Shown: in pieces, positions 30,541-40,684 of the stretch | Layout: every line of letters begins with the position of its first letter | How positions within the stretch are numbered: the stretch's first letter is position 1 | NCBI GenBank assembly: GCA_965209085.1 | Contig: OZ242376.1 | Coordinates: 1,440,001 to 1,504,000, forward strand | DNA: 64,000 nt | Direction: 5' to 3' | Source: Nitrosopumilaceae archaeon | GTDB lineage: Archaea > Thermoproteota > Nitrososphaeria > Nitrososphaerales > Nitrosopumilaceae | Notes under the pieces: model-generated | What the model was told of the DNA's origin: nothing | Seen by the model: the letters and a program-made list of their open reading frames with translations, nothing else | Database searches by the model: none | Translations under genes and position numbers: made by a program

Positions 30541-31296
30541 ATGGCACTTTTGTCGGTAAGAGATATTAAAAAAAACTTTGGCGGGGTTACCGTACTTGAC
30601 GGCGTGAATATGGATTTGGAGTCAGGTAAAATATACCAGCTGATAGGATCCAACGGTAGCGGCAAGACCACCCTGATCGACATCATAAGCGGACGAATAC
30701 GCTCTGATGGCGGAAGCGTAACACTTGACGGAAATGACATAACACATGCAGGACAGCTTGACACGTATCGGGCAGGTCTTGCAAGAACGTTTCAGATACC
30801 TAGACCCTTTCGCAAGCTTACCACCATTGAAAACATGTCAGTATCAGCAAATGAAAACCCTGGCGAATCATTTCTAAGGGCGTCCATTTACAGGCTTTGG
30901 CGCAAACGCGAACGTCAGGTGTATGAAAAAGCATCGTCGGTCGTAAAATGGATCGGCCTTGATGCAAGAGCTAATGAGGAGAGTCAAAATTTGAGCGGGG
31001 GGCAGCAAAAACTGTTAGAAACAGGCAGAGTGATGATGATAAATCCCAAAATTGTGCTGCTTGATGAGCCAATCGCGGGAGTAAACCCTACGCTAGCGCA
31101 CCACATATTCAAAAAGATACGCGAGTTGGCAGTGGGGAAAAACGTCACGTTTCTTATTATAGAGCACAGGCTTGACATATCACTTGATTATATGGATCAC
31201 GTTTTCGCACTTGACGGTGGGCGCATAATAGCGCACGGCGGATCTGATGAAATTTTAAAACATCCGGCCGTAATAGAGTCATATCTTGGTGAATAG
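30541..31296 (+). CDS. livG: branched-chain amino-acid-type ABC transporter ATPase (LivG-like)
   Basis: GSNGSGKTT, ARTFQIPR, LSGGQQK, LLDEPIAGVNP and IEH. Confidence 0.87.
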   Translation: MALLSVRDIKKNFGGVTVLDGVNMDLESGKIYQLIGSNGSGKTTLIDIISGRIRSDGGSVTLDGNDITHAGQLDTYRAGLARTFQIPRPFRKLTTIENMSVSANENPGESFLRASIYRLWRKRERQVYEKASSVVKWIGLDARANEESQNLSGGQQKLLETGRVMMINPKIVLLDEPIAGVNPTLAHHIFKKIRELAVGKNVTFLIIEHRLDISLDYMDHVFALDGGRIIAHGGSDEILKHPAVIESYLGE

Positions 31297-31297
31297 G

Positions 31298-32017
31298 ATG
31301 GAAAAATATGCCATAAGAGTAAAGGGGATAAGATCAGGATACGGACAAAGTAACATACTCTTTGGCGTGGATTTTGAGGCCATAGAAAAAAAGATTACAG
31401 TAATTGTTGGTCCAAACGGCGGAGGAAAGAGCACTCTTCTAAAGAGCATATTCGGCCTTTGTACCATACACGAAGGTTCTGTAGAATATTTTGGAAAAAA
31501 CATTACCTCAAAGCAGCCCCACACCATATCGCGCATGGGGGTGGCATATCTGCCGCAGACAAACAACGTGTTTACAAATCTAACCATACGTGAAAATCTC
31601 TCAATGGCAGCATACGCTGTCAGTGAATCAGCAAAGTTGCACAGAATTACAAGTGTGCTAGAATCGTTTCCATTTTTGCATCAAAGATCCGGCGCCAAAG
31701 CGGGTACGCTAAGCGGCGGACAAAAACAGATGCTAGCCATGGCAATGGCGCTGATGCGGGAGCCAAAGGTCATGCTCTTTGATGAACCTACTGCTAATCT
31801 TGCCCCAAAGATGGCCATGGAGGTAATGAAAAAAATATCCCAGATGCGCGAAGAGTTTGATGCTACAATTGTTCTAGTTGAGCAAAACGTGCGGCGCGCA
31901 CTGCAGATAGGCGATATGGCATATATTATAGCAAACGGCAAACTAGCATACAGTGGTTCGGTCAAAGAGCTGGCATCGCATCCGGATCTTGGCAGACTCT
32001 ACCTTGGAGTAGATTAA
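31298..32017 (+). CDS. livF: branched-chain amino-acid-type ABC transporter ATPase (LivF-like)
   Basis: GPNGGGKST, AGTLSGGQKQM, DEPTANLAP and VEQN. Confidence 0.87.
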   Translation: MEKYAIRVKGIRSGYGQSNILFGVDFEAIEKKITVIVGPNGGGKSTLLKSIFGLCTIHEGSVEYFGKNITSKQPHTISRMGVAYLPQTNNVFTNLTIRENLSMAAYAVSESAKLHRITSVLESFPFLHQRSGAKAGTLSGGQKQMLAMAMALMREPKVMLFDEPTANLAPKMAMEVMKKISQMREEFDATIVLVEQNVRRALQIGDMAYIIANGKLAYSGSVKELASHPDLGRLYLGVD

Positions 32018-32949
32018 GATCTAAATGCAGAGTCAACCATCAGTGCAATAAAGAGAACCGCCAGATACGGACTAGAAAATTTAAACAAAATCCACGCCGC
32101 ATTCTCGCGCGGATTGAGCATCACCCATATGGAGAGTGCAATCATAAGAGCGCCCGAAGCTGCTGCAGTCCACACGTATGTCAAACCCACCGAAGGGTTC
32201 CCATCATCAAGTATTATGAAAATAGGCGCCATACTAAAGAGCACCATAACAGCAGTGCTTGCCGCAATTACCCGGACGGATGTTTTTTCCGATGCTACTG
32301 CCGTAAGCATTGGAACGTTTACCTTGTTGTAATCTTCTTTAAAATGTAAAGTCAGTGCCCATATGTGCATGGGTATCCATATGAATACCAGTCCGGCCAT
32401 GGCAAGTCCCAAAGTCCACAAATCCAACGTGGTTACTGCCACCCATCCGATTAGCGGCGGTGAGCCTCCGCAGAGTCCGCCAAGTATTATGTTGGAGCGG
32501 CTTCGACGTTTTAGAGCGTACGAGTATACAAGGACGTTGTTTGCCAATCCAAATGCGATAAACACAACAGCCCATGCACCCTGTACTAGCGTAGTCTCAA
32601 AAGATATGGCGCCGGCAGCTACAAGCGAGATTACGGCAAGTACAAGTCCAAAGTTTCTTGCATTATTCGGTGTTATGCGCCCCGAGGGAATTGGGCGATC
32701 CTTTGTCCTCTCCATTATTGCATCAATATCCCGGTCATGATAGTTTGTCAGTACGTTTGCAGCAGCTGAACCGGAAGCTACAGAGCCGAGCATTAGTGCC
32801 CATGTGGCAACGCTCAGATGCACGCTGTATATGTTGGAAGCAGTTAATGCAGCACCAAAGGCGGTAAATACTAGCAGATACCAGATTTTTGGCTTGCTTA
32901 GCTCATAATACGTCAAGACGCGGGTCTTTATTGCGATATTATTTTGCAC
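32014..32949 (-). CDS. ctaB: protoheme IX farnesyltransferase (heme o synthase)
   Basis: LSKPKI, DRDIDAIMERTKDRPIPSG and WIPMHIWAL...EDY...VPML. Confidence 0.93.
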   Translation of the reverse strand: MQNNIAIKTRVLTYYELSKPKIWYLLVFTAFGAALTASNIYSVHLSVATWALMLGSVASGSAAANVLTNYHDRDIDAIMERTKDRPIPSGRITPNNARNFGLVLAVISLVAAGAISFETTLVQGAWAVVFIAFGLANNVLVYSYALKRRSRSNIILGGLCGGSPPLIGWVAVTTLDLWTLGLAMAGLVFIWIPMHIWALTLHFKEDYNKVNVPMLTAVASEKTSVRVIAASTAVMVLFSMAPIFIILDDGNPSVGLTYVWTAAASGALMIALSIWVMLNPRENAAWILFKFSSPYLAVLFIALMVDSAFRS

Positions 32950-32952
32950 AGT

Positions 32953-33414
32953 CTACACCTTGCCGTACGGCACCTGATTTTCACGTACACTCATTTCTAT
33001 AAAGCTCTCCGATGAGAGCACCCCTTCAACTTTGCCAATTTTTTCAGATATTACATCGTGCATCTCGGCAAGTGTTTTAGCGTATGCGGTAATTAGCACG
33101 TCAAATCTGCCGGTCACTTCGGATATTTTTCTCACGCCATCTATTTGAAGTAGTGAGGCAATAACGTTTTCGTGCATTTTTGAGTTCATGTTTACCCCTA
33201 TGAGTGATTTTACATCATATCCAAGCTTGCGATCGTCAATTGCCACGGTAAATTTTTTTATAATCTTTTTTCTAGTCAGGCTTTTAATTCTAGAATATAC
33301 AACGCTGGAATTTACGTGTATTTTTTTGGAGATTTTTGGAATTGATACGGAAGCATCATTTGAAAGCTCAGAGAGTATCATCATATCAATTTTGTCTATT
33401 TTTAACACATTCAA
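32953..33414 (-). CDS. Lrp/AsnC family transcriptional regulator
   Basis: IDKIDMMILSEL...HTH...EVTGRFD. Confidence 0.9.
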   Translation of the reverse strand: MNVLKIDKIDMMILSELSNDASVSIPKISKKIHVNSSVVYSRIKSLTRKKIIKKFTVAIDDRKLGYDVKSLIGVNMNSKMHENVIASLLQIDGVRKISEVTGRFDVLITAYAKTLAEMHDVISEKIGKVEGVLSSESFIEMSVRENQVPYGKV

Positions 33415-33566
33415 GGCATTTTTTTTGTAATTTATAAGCCTTGGTTGGTTTTTATCGGGTCATATTGCATATACTGACGGGCGTTTTTTTTTTTCAAAGT
33501 TGAAATGATCACAGGAGGTATATCCCACATGGGCAATAAGCGGTCTTGTTATGCATTGGGGCGTTT

Positions 33567-34646
33567 TCATATTTTGCCTTTTTCAAGCAGCATTTCTGCC
33601 AAAAGAACCGCGCCTTTTGCAGAACCCATCTTTTTGTTGTGTGAAAATAGCATGTATTTTAGCCCGTGCTCAAAGAGATCCTCTTTTTGGACGCGGCCGA
33701 TGGTGGTGGTCATCCCGCCACCCACTGCTCTCTCCAAACGCGGCTGTGGTCTTGACGGATCCGTATGAAATGCATAGTAATGTTCAGGAGCTGAGGGCAG
33801 ACCGGCTATAGAGATGTTTTTGTTTTCTTTTGCATACAGCTCTTCAGCCTTTGCTGCATCAATATCAGATGATGTTTCCACAAAGACTGATTCTGTGTGC
33901 CCGTCTATTACCGGCACACGCGTGCACGTGCTGCTTATCCTAATGTCCGCATCCTTTATGACATCGCCGTCAATTTTTCCCAGTATTTTGCGTGTTTCAT
34001 CGCGCACCTTGTCCTCTTCTTTTGCAATATACGGGATAATGTTGTCGCTTATCTGCATGGCTGAGACTCCCGGCGATCTGCCTCCTCCGGATATTGCCTG
34101 CATTGAGGTCATCATTACTTTTTTTGCCCCGTATTTCTCGTAGAGCGGTTTCAACGTTATTGCAAGACCCGTGGTGGTGCAGTTTGGCAGCGGTGCCACC
34201 CATCCTTTCCAGTTGCGGTTTTTCTTTTGCACGTCCAAAAGATCCGCATGATCGTCGTTTATTCCAGGTATTAGTATTGGAACGTCTGAATCGTACCTGT
34301 ATGCAGAACTAGTTGATATTACAGGTAAAATTTTTGCAAATTTTGTCTCAATATCGCGTGCCGCTTCAGATTCTACTGCTGAAAATATCAGATCCAGGTT
34401 GTCTGTATCAATATCATCCACAGATTTAACTGTCATATTTTTCACATATGATGGAATATTTCCATCAACTTCCCATTGTATAATTCCATCCGTGTTTTTT
34501 ATCGCATCCAAATAATTTTTCCCGGCGCTTTTGGGAGATGCAGCTATCTGATCTACCTCAAACCACGGATGATTCTCCAAAGACTGGATAAACTCCTGAC
34601 CTACAGAACCTGTGGCACCCACTATGCATACCCGTTTTTTATCCAT
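33567..34646 (-). CDS. asd: aspartate-semialdehyde dehydrogenase
   Basis: GATGSVGQ, PNCTT, MQAISGGG, CTRVPVIDGH and HNKKMGSA. Confidence 0.95.
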   Translation of the reverse strand: MDKKRVCIVGATGSVGQEFIQSLENHPWFEVDQIAASPKSAGKNYLDAIKNTDGIIQWEVDGNIPSYVKNMTVKSVDDIDTDNLDLIFSAVESEAARDIETKFAKILPVISTSSAYRYDSDVPILIPGINDDHADLLDVQKKNRNWKGWVAPLPNCTTTGLAITLKPLYEKYGAKKVMMTSMQAISGGGRSPGVSAMQISDNIIPYIAKEEDKVRDETRKILGKIDGDVIKDADIRISSTCTRVPVIDGHTESVFVETSSDIDAAKAEELYAKENKNISIAGLPSAPEHYYAFHTDPSRPQPRLERAVGGGMTTTIGRVQKEDLFEHGLKYMLFSHNKKMGSAKGAVLLAEMLLEKGKI

Positions 34647-34919
34647 GGTAAAATGCCTCATAGACTGCGTTATTATCCTTTGTGAGTGTGATTCTGTAAT
34701 ATATTATCCCAAGTCATATACCCCCCAGGACCCTGAGTGCAGTTTTTAGTCAGTATGCCAGGTGTTGCAAGAGACATGTGTATGCCTGTACAATATCTGA
34801 GTGTCATTTCATTCAACGGATATATGGTTTATCAGATGCCCCATCATATATCCCTCTAGAAATGGTTTGTGCCATACATTCAAGATGCAGATATAAAAAC
34901 AACCAAACGCCATACAATC

Positions 34920-35801
34920 ATGATGCTAGAATACGACTATCCGCTGTACAGACCGCCTTCTGAGGCCAAATCGCTAATATTTCAGGTTACGTTAGGCTGC
35001 TCTTTTAACGAATGTTCTTTTTGTGACATGTACCGCACCAAGGAATATTCACAGAGGCCATGGGAGCAGGTAAAATCTGAAATTGACATAGCATCAGCCA
35101 TGCAGTCAGATGTTGAGAAAATATTTTTGGCCGACGGGGATGCACTAAATCTTGATTCTGAATATATGATAAAAATTCTAAATTACATACGCATGAAATT
35201 TCCAAACGTAAAGAGAATATCATCATATGCTATGCCCATGAACGTTTTAAAGAAAACACCAGAGGAGCTCAAAGCCATGCATAATGCAGGATTGGGCATG
35301 CTGTATCTTGGAGTGGAAAGTGGCTCAGATATAGTGTTAAAAATGGTTACCAAAGGTGCGCTCGGGGACACGATAATCCGTGCAGTGAATAAAGCAAAAG
35401 ATGCCGGATATACAATGTCCTGCATGATAATACTCGGTCTTGGTGGGAAAAAATACACAAAGGAGCATATCGAGGGAACGGTGCACGTGATAAACGCATG
35501 CGCGCCAAACTATGTCGGCGCACTTACATTATATCTTGAAAACGGAATAAAACAGGAATTTTTGGAAAAGTATGACGGAGAATTTGAACGCATATCGGAT
35601 GCTGACGCATTAGATGAGCTTGAAAGACTTGTACGCGGAATTAACGTTGGAAGCGAGGTCATATTCAGGGCAAATCACGGATCAAACGCATTTTATATTA
35701 AAGGTACGTTTCCATCAGATAAGGATCTCATGCTTGGGCAGATTGCACATATGAGAGAAAATCCGCAGATGGCAAGGCCGGAAGGTCTGCGCGGATTTTA
35801 G
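34920..35801 (+). CDS. radical SAM protein
   Basis: YRPPSEA..LIFQVTLGCSFNECSFCDMY (CxxxCxxC), FLADGD and FRANHGSN. Confidence 0.88.
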   Translation: MMLEYDYPLYRPPSEAKSLIFQVTLGCSFNECSFCDMYRTKEYSQRPWEQVKSEIDIASAMQSDVEKIFLADGDALNLDSEYMIKILNYIRMKFPNVKRISSYAMPMNVLKKTPEELKAMHNAGLGMLYLGVESGSDIVLKMVTKGALGDTIIRAVNKAKDAGYTMSCMIILGLGGKKYTKEHIEGTVHVINACAPNYVGALTLYLENGIKQEFLEKYDGEFERISDADALDELERLVRGINVGSEVIFRANHGSNAFYIKGTFPSDKDLMLGQIAHMRENPQMARPEGLRGF

Positions 35802-36190
35802 ATCCAGCTGCCGTTTGATAATTTTACCACTTTGGTTACAACAACAGTATACGCGCCGTTGAATATGTTTACCGTGTTTTCTCCGTCCACGTTTTTGACG
35901 CGGAATTTGTATTCGTATGTTCCATCCTCTCCCACACTAGCTTGTGCAAAATGCACCGGTAAATTTTCAGAATAGATTTGTATAATTACAGGATATCCTT
36001 TGGCATGATTTGCCACCATGCCTTCCACGTATCCCCACGGCAGATTATTGTCCGGATTTACCTGAAAATTCAAAATCGTTTTTTCAAGTGCAAGCGAATT
36101 TCCAATGGGTAAAAGTTCAGTCTGGGATTCTGCGTGGGCTATGGCAAAAATCATGGATACTGCGACTAGTGCTACAAATACTGCATACAT
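35798..36190 (-). CDS. hypothetical secreted protein
   Basis: Signal peptide ending AHA, then a beta-rich mature domain. Confidence 0.7.
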   Translation of the reverse strand: MYAVFVALVAVSMIFAIAHAESQTELLPIGNSLALEKTILNFQVNPDNNLPWGYVEGMVANHAKGYPVIIQIYSENLPVHFAQASVGEDGTYEYKFRVKNVDGENTVNIFNGAYTVVVTKVVKLSNGSWI

Positions 36191-36330
36191 TGATATGATA
36201 CAGACATGGTTTGAATTTAAGGTTTGTTTTTGTTAAATTATAATCCAACGGCGATATCTGTGCCTGAAAATACGGATTTTAGGCTAAAGATGTGAGAAAC
36301 GCGTATATGCAATATTTGCCAACATATATC

Positions 36331-36864
36331 ATGGACAATCTGACTGCACCTATAAGGCATATATCGGCGGTAGGTTTTGTTTTAAAAAATAAAAGATATG
36401 CTGCTGCGGCAATGGTTTTTTCATTTTGTTTGGGCATTTTGTACTGGTTTGTAACAATGCCGCAATTTTTACAGCATTTTGATACAGTTTTGGCAGCTGA
36501 ACCTCTGGTTGCGATAGGCAGAATTGCAATAATTATGGCAGTTGCCATCATTGGCGGAATAAACATTTCGCTTGTGATCTTTAGATTGCGCATCAAAACA
36601 CGGGCATCATGCTGTAGCGGCATGAAAAAGGCCGGAGGCGGAATATTTGGAGGTGCGCTCTCAGCATTTACCCCGGGGTGTCCTGCATGTACGTCTTTGC
36701 TTAGCGTTGCGCTGGGCACTGTAGGAGGTCTTGCGGCACTGCCGTTTGGGGGATCAGAATTGATGCTAATTGCGCTAGGCGCTGTAACATTTTCCATGTT
36801 TTGGCAGAGTCGCGATATATACAAAATTAACAGCATACAGCGGGTTTCAAAAACAAAACTTTAG
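36331..36864 (+). CDS. membrane protein with CC and CPAC motifs
   Basis: About four TM segments; ASCCSG and TPGCPACTS. Confidence 0.7.
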   Translation: MDNLTAPIRHISAVGFVLKNKRYAAAAMVFSFCLGILYWFVTMPQFLQHFDTVLAAEPLVAIGRIAIIMAVAIIGGINISLVIFRLRIKTRASCCSGMKKAGGGIFGGALSAFTPGCPACTSLLSVALGTVGGLAALPFGGSELMLIALGAVTFSMFWQSRDIYKINSIQRVSKTKL

Positions 36865-36895
36865 GTTTAAATGGATTTTTCAAATTTGTTACAAC

Positions 36896-36969
36896 GGGCC
36901 CATAGTCCAGTTGGTTATGACGTCGCCCTTACACGGCGAAGATCCAGGGTTCAAATCCCTGTGGGCCCA
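36896..36969 (+). tRNA. tRNA-Val(TAC)
   Basis: GGGCCCA-TAGTCCAGTTGGTTATGACG-TCGCC-CTTACAC-GGCGA...CAGGGTTCAAATCCCTG-TGGGCCCA. Confidence 0.95.
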
Positions 36970-37271
36970 TCCCCTCCAGATCTCAAAGCTGGGGCTTTAC
37001 AAAATGCGATCAGAATTTCAGACCAAATGCGTTATCCCTCTGGCATAACTTTGCCTTTTTGTACGCTGACAAATTTCCATCAAGTATTGATTCTGCCTGT
37101 TTTAAATTCACCATGTGCCAGCTTGGATGTTTTGCCGGCATTTGGGTTTTGAATTACCCCACGGTATTGCAAAGCTGTTTTGTGCGTATATGGAAAAATG
37201 ATATGATAACGTGCATGCAAAATACACCTATAAGCAGAATCTTAAAGTGGGCATAAATCACGATGTTGTAT

Positions 37272-38675
37272 ATGGAAAAAATCACGGTTGCAAAGTTTGG
37301 TGGAAGTACCATAGGAATGTGTGGTATCGGCATTGCAGAAATAGTAGAGAGAATACAATACCTTGCAAAAGAATCCAAAGTAGTGGCCGTATTTTCCGCA
37401 CCTCTCTCTAAAGAAGAAAGCGGCAGATATTCTGTAACCGATATTATGTTGGATATTGGCAATGCTGCAGAATCTAACACCGCGTATGATTTGAATCGCA
37501 TAAAGCGGGTCTACGACGGAGTGTTGGAGAATATTCCAGAGAAATGCCGCCAATCATGCAAAAAAATCATAGATGAATATATTGAAAAATGCACACAGAC
37601 ACTTGGATCAGCTGCGGATGGAAAATTTGCAGACGAGATTCGATCAAAGGCGTTGGCATATTCAGGAGAGCTGTTAATGTCCGATATTATGAACAAAGTG
37701 TTAGGTGAGAGCGGCCTTGTCTCAAATGCAGTATCATTTGATTCGTGGCCCATCATCACGGACGATAATATAGAATCCACCAATTTCCTGTATTCAAAAT
37801 CCGAACAGCACCTTCCTGAAATTCTCAGACTAGTGGAAACGTGCGACGTGGTAACGATAGGCGGATTCATCGGTAAAACTGTAGACGGTACTGTCACCAC
37901 TTACGAGAGGGGGGGTTCTGACAGAACTGCCGTGGACATTGGAATATTGCTGCATAAGAAATTTAACGTAAGCGTAAACTTTGAAAAAGATTTTGCAGTG
38001 TATTCTGCTGATCCAAGAATAGTTAAAGACGGCAGTATGATTGCCGAGCTCTCATACAATGAAGCAAAGCTTGCAGCCACTTTTGGTATGAAAATACTAG
38101 ATCCCATAGCCATAAAGGAAATACACGACTGCGGTGCAGAGATACAGCTTATCGTCTCAAATACGAAAAATCCCAAAGAATTTACCTCAATATGCAGGGA
38201 TTTGAAAACATCCCCTCCAAATCCGCTGAAAATTGTCACAGGTAAAAAAAACTGCGTCATATTAAGAATAGAGAAAAAACCCGGCGAAGAAATGTTATAT
38301 TCGCTTGAAAATGAAAAAAGATACGGCGAATTTGTTGTTTTATCCCCGTTTTACCGTGACGGGTTGGAATTTTCCAGAATTCTCTTTTTGGATGGCGATT
38401 ATGTTAAAAGAAACGAAAAATATTTTTTGGCATTTGATTCGCTTGCATCCATTACGTACAAACGCGCGGCCATAACGATGATTGGTGATGAGATGTGGCG
38501 TGCCCAAAACATTGTGGCAAGGATAAGCTCGCGACTAGGTCAGGCAGACATTAACATACTAAACATGGACGCACAGGAGGAAACATCCAGGGTGATAATC
38601 ATAACCGAAGATGCAGACGATATTCTGGAGAGATCCATAAGGGCAATACATTTGGAAAGATCAAAGTTGGTCTGA
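37272..38675 (+). CDS. lysC: aspartate kinase
   Basis: VAKFGGS, VFSA, GELLMS, YERGGSD, VYSADP, LSYNEA and an ACT-like C-terminus. Confidence 0.9.
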   Translation: MEKITVAKFGGSTIGMCGIGIAEIVERIQYLAKESKVVAVFSAPLSKEESGRYSVTDIMLDIGNAAESNTAYDLNRIKRVYDGVLENIPEKCRQSCKKIIDEYIEKCTQTLGSAADGKFADEIRSKALAYSGELLMSDIMNKVLGESGLVSNAVSFDSWPIITDDNIESTNFLYSKSEQHLPEILRLVETCDVVTIGGFIGKTVDGTVTTYERGGSDRTAVDIGILLHKKFNVSVNFEKDFAVYSADPRIVKDGSMIAELSYNEAKLAATFGMKILDPIAIKEIHDCGAEIQLIVSNTKNPKEFTSICRDLKTSPPNPLKIVTGKKNCVILRIEKKPGEEMLYSLENEKRYGEFVVLSPFYRDGLEFSRILFLDGDYVKRNEKYFLAFDSLASITYKRAAITMIGDEMWRAQNIVARISSRLGQADINILNMDAQEETSRVIIITEDADDILERSIRAIHLERSKLV

Positions 38676-38906
38676 CCAGTCGATTGACTGGTCCTACCAA
38701 CGGGGGTTTTTTCTCGAGCCATAGTCTAGAACTAGCTCTGGCGTTACCCTAAACACGCTGTATTGTGTACACAATCAGAGTATATAGACATGATCTATAT
38801 AGTTTCAGTCTGCCGTATATTTTAGACCCTCATACAGGCATGGCATAAAATGAAATTTGATTTGCAATTTGAGTTATTTTAAATAAAACCTTTTTGGGTT
38901 TTAAAC

Positions 38907-39959
38907 ATGTCAAATAATCTTATGCGGACCGTTGAATGGAAAGACGGCAAAGTGGTCATGGTGGATCAGAGCAAGCTTCCAGGCGAGCTTGTTTTTGTAG
39001 AATATACAAAGTACGAGCAGGTGGCAGAGGCGATAAAAACCCTAGTTGTGCGGGGCGCTCCGGCAATCGGCGTTTCTGGAGCATTTGGCATGGCATTGGC
39101 AGCGCAACAAAGCGGTGCGGATTCAAAAAAAGACATAATTGAAGATTTAAAGACTGCAAAGGATGTTCTTCAAAAAACACGGCCCACGGCGGTAAATCTC
39201 AAATGGGGTTTGGAGAAGATAATGGATGCAGCGTGCGGAACTGACGGTGATGCGCGCTCTGTACGGGATGTTATCATATGCAAATCAAAACAGATGGCAG
39301 AGGATGATATTGCAATAAATAAAATGATGGGTAAAAACGGTGCAACCCTCTTTGGTGAAAAAGAAACCGTAATGACCCACTGCAATGCAGGAGCTTTGGC
39401 AACTGTAGCGTATGGAACCGCGCTTGGAGTAATACGTGCGGTGCGCGAGGGAGGCAAACAAATCAAGGTCATAGCTACTGAGACGCGTCCCGTACAACAG
39501 GGTTCAAGACTGACTGCTTTTGAGCTGCAACATGACGGTTTTGATGTTAGTCTTATTCCCGATACTGCAGTCGGATATGTAATGTCCCAGGGTCTAGTAG
39601 ACAGGGTCATAGTTGGAGCTGATCGCATACTGCGGACAGGTCACGTTTACAATAAAATCGGCACATACCAGGTTGCCACGATGGCCAAACGGCACAACGT
39701 ACCGTTTTATGTTGCAGCCCCTCTCTCCACGTTTGACATGCAAAGTGATCCAAAAGACGTCGTAATAGAACAGCGCAGTGGTCAGGAAGTTGTCAGAATT
39801 GGAGACATGAAAACCGCGCCAGATGGAATCAGCGTCATAAATCCGGCATTTGATCAGACCCCTCCAGAGCTTGTATCATGCATTATAACTGAGGCTGGCA
39901 TTGCAAAACCCCCATACGAGGAATCAATAAAGAATCTTTTCAAATCCACCTCGAATTAA
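38907..39959 (+). CDS. mtnA: S-methyl-5-thioribose-1-phosphate isomerase
   Basis: VRGAPAIG, RPTAVNL, THCNAGALAT, ETRP, GADRI and NPAFD.TP. Confidence 0.92.
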   Translation: MSNNLMRTVEWKDGKVVMVDQSKLPGELVFVEYTKYEQVAEAIKTLVVRGAPAIGVSGAFGMALAAQQSGADSKKDIIEDLKTAKDVLQKTRPTAVNLKWGLEKIMDAACGTDGDARSVRDVIICKSKQMAEDDIAINKMMGKNGATLFGEKETVMTHCNAGALATVAYGTALGVIRAVREGGKQIKVIATETRPVQQGSRLTAFELQHDGFDVSLIPDTAVGYVMSQGLVDRVIVGADRILRTGHVYNKIGTYQVATMAKRHNVPFYVAAPLSTFDMQSDPKDVVIEQRSGQEVVRIGDMKTAPDGISVINPAFDQTPPELVSCIITEAGIAKPPYEESIKNLFKSTSN

Positions 39960-40684
39960 ACGGTATTTTATGAACGCGTTTGCACAGATTTTATAAAATT
40001 GCAGAAAAGTGTCGAGTTGGAATTTTGTTCAATTCTGCATGGCTAAATTTAGTGTTAAAGATTAAAAGATGATCTAATCTAGATAACTAATACTTTTATT
40101 TAGAAAGCATATTTTTTGTAAACGTGTAACTTTATCAAATTCTTCTATGAACGGTTTGTTTATGTGAAAAGACTTACCATCGATGTAAATTGTACGCATA
40201 TCCAACAGTGAAATATAGAGATGATGTATTAAAAAAAATTGCGGCCATAAAATATGGTCGCCTATAATCTGCCATTACTTTCATAATGACACCATAAACA
40301 TATTGTACGGATTATGTCAAATATTAATAATTATTTTATTTCTTCTCATATTCTACGCACGGATCTGCCATACCTTGCAAGTATGACAGTATTTTGAATA
40401 AATGTCTTTTATTTATCATTTCATGTTATAACAATCTCCGCACATTGCCGCGCGATTTTGGTAGTATGGTATTTGATGCAACATATATTCCATGTAACAT
40501 ATGCATGCTTGGCCAATATTGACAATACTGACAAGATGTGCATGATTCGCCAGTGTGGGATTGAAGAATATATTGCATAATTTTAAATGAGTTTGCTCAG
40601 ATTTTCACAAAAAATACTCATTCATGACCAAGGTCTCATTTTTGCACACTAGACTTATAAGATAATTATTCAAAAATCAAACTG

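Noticed and set aside
36871-37256. Short ORFs around tRNA-Val and a possible att site
   Set aside because: One ORF overlaps the tRNA and the others lack recognisable motifs; no duplicated tRNA 3' end or integrase was seen.
38825-38835. GACCCTCATAC as a solo MITE end
   Set aside because: Needs a gap to match the TIR, and no partner TIR or internal homology is nearby.
40201-40220. ORB-like motif (TCCAACAGTGAAATATAGAG) suggesting a replication origin
   Set aside because: Single weak match, no G-string, no second inverted copy and no cdc6/orc1 gene in the window.
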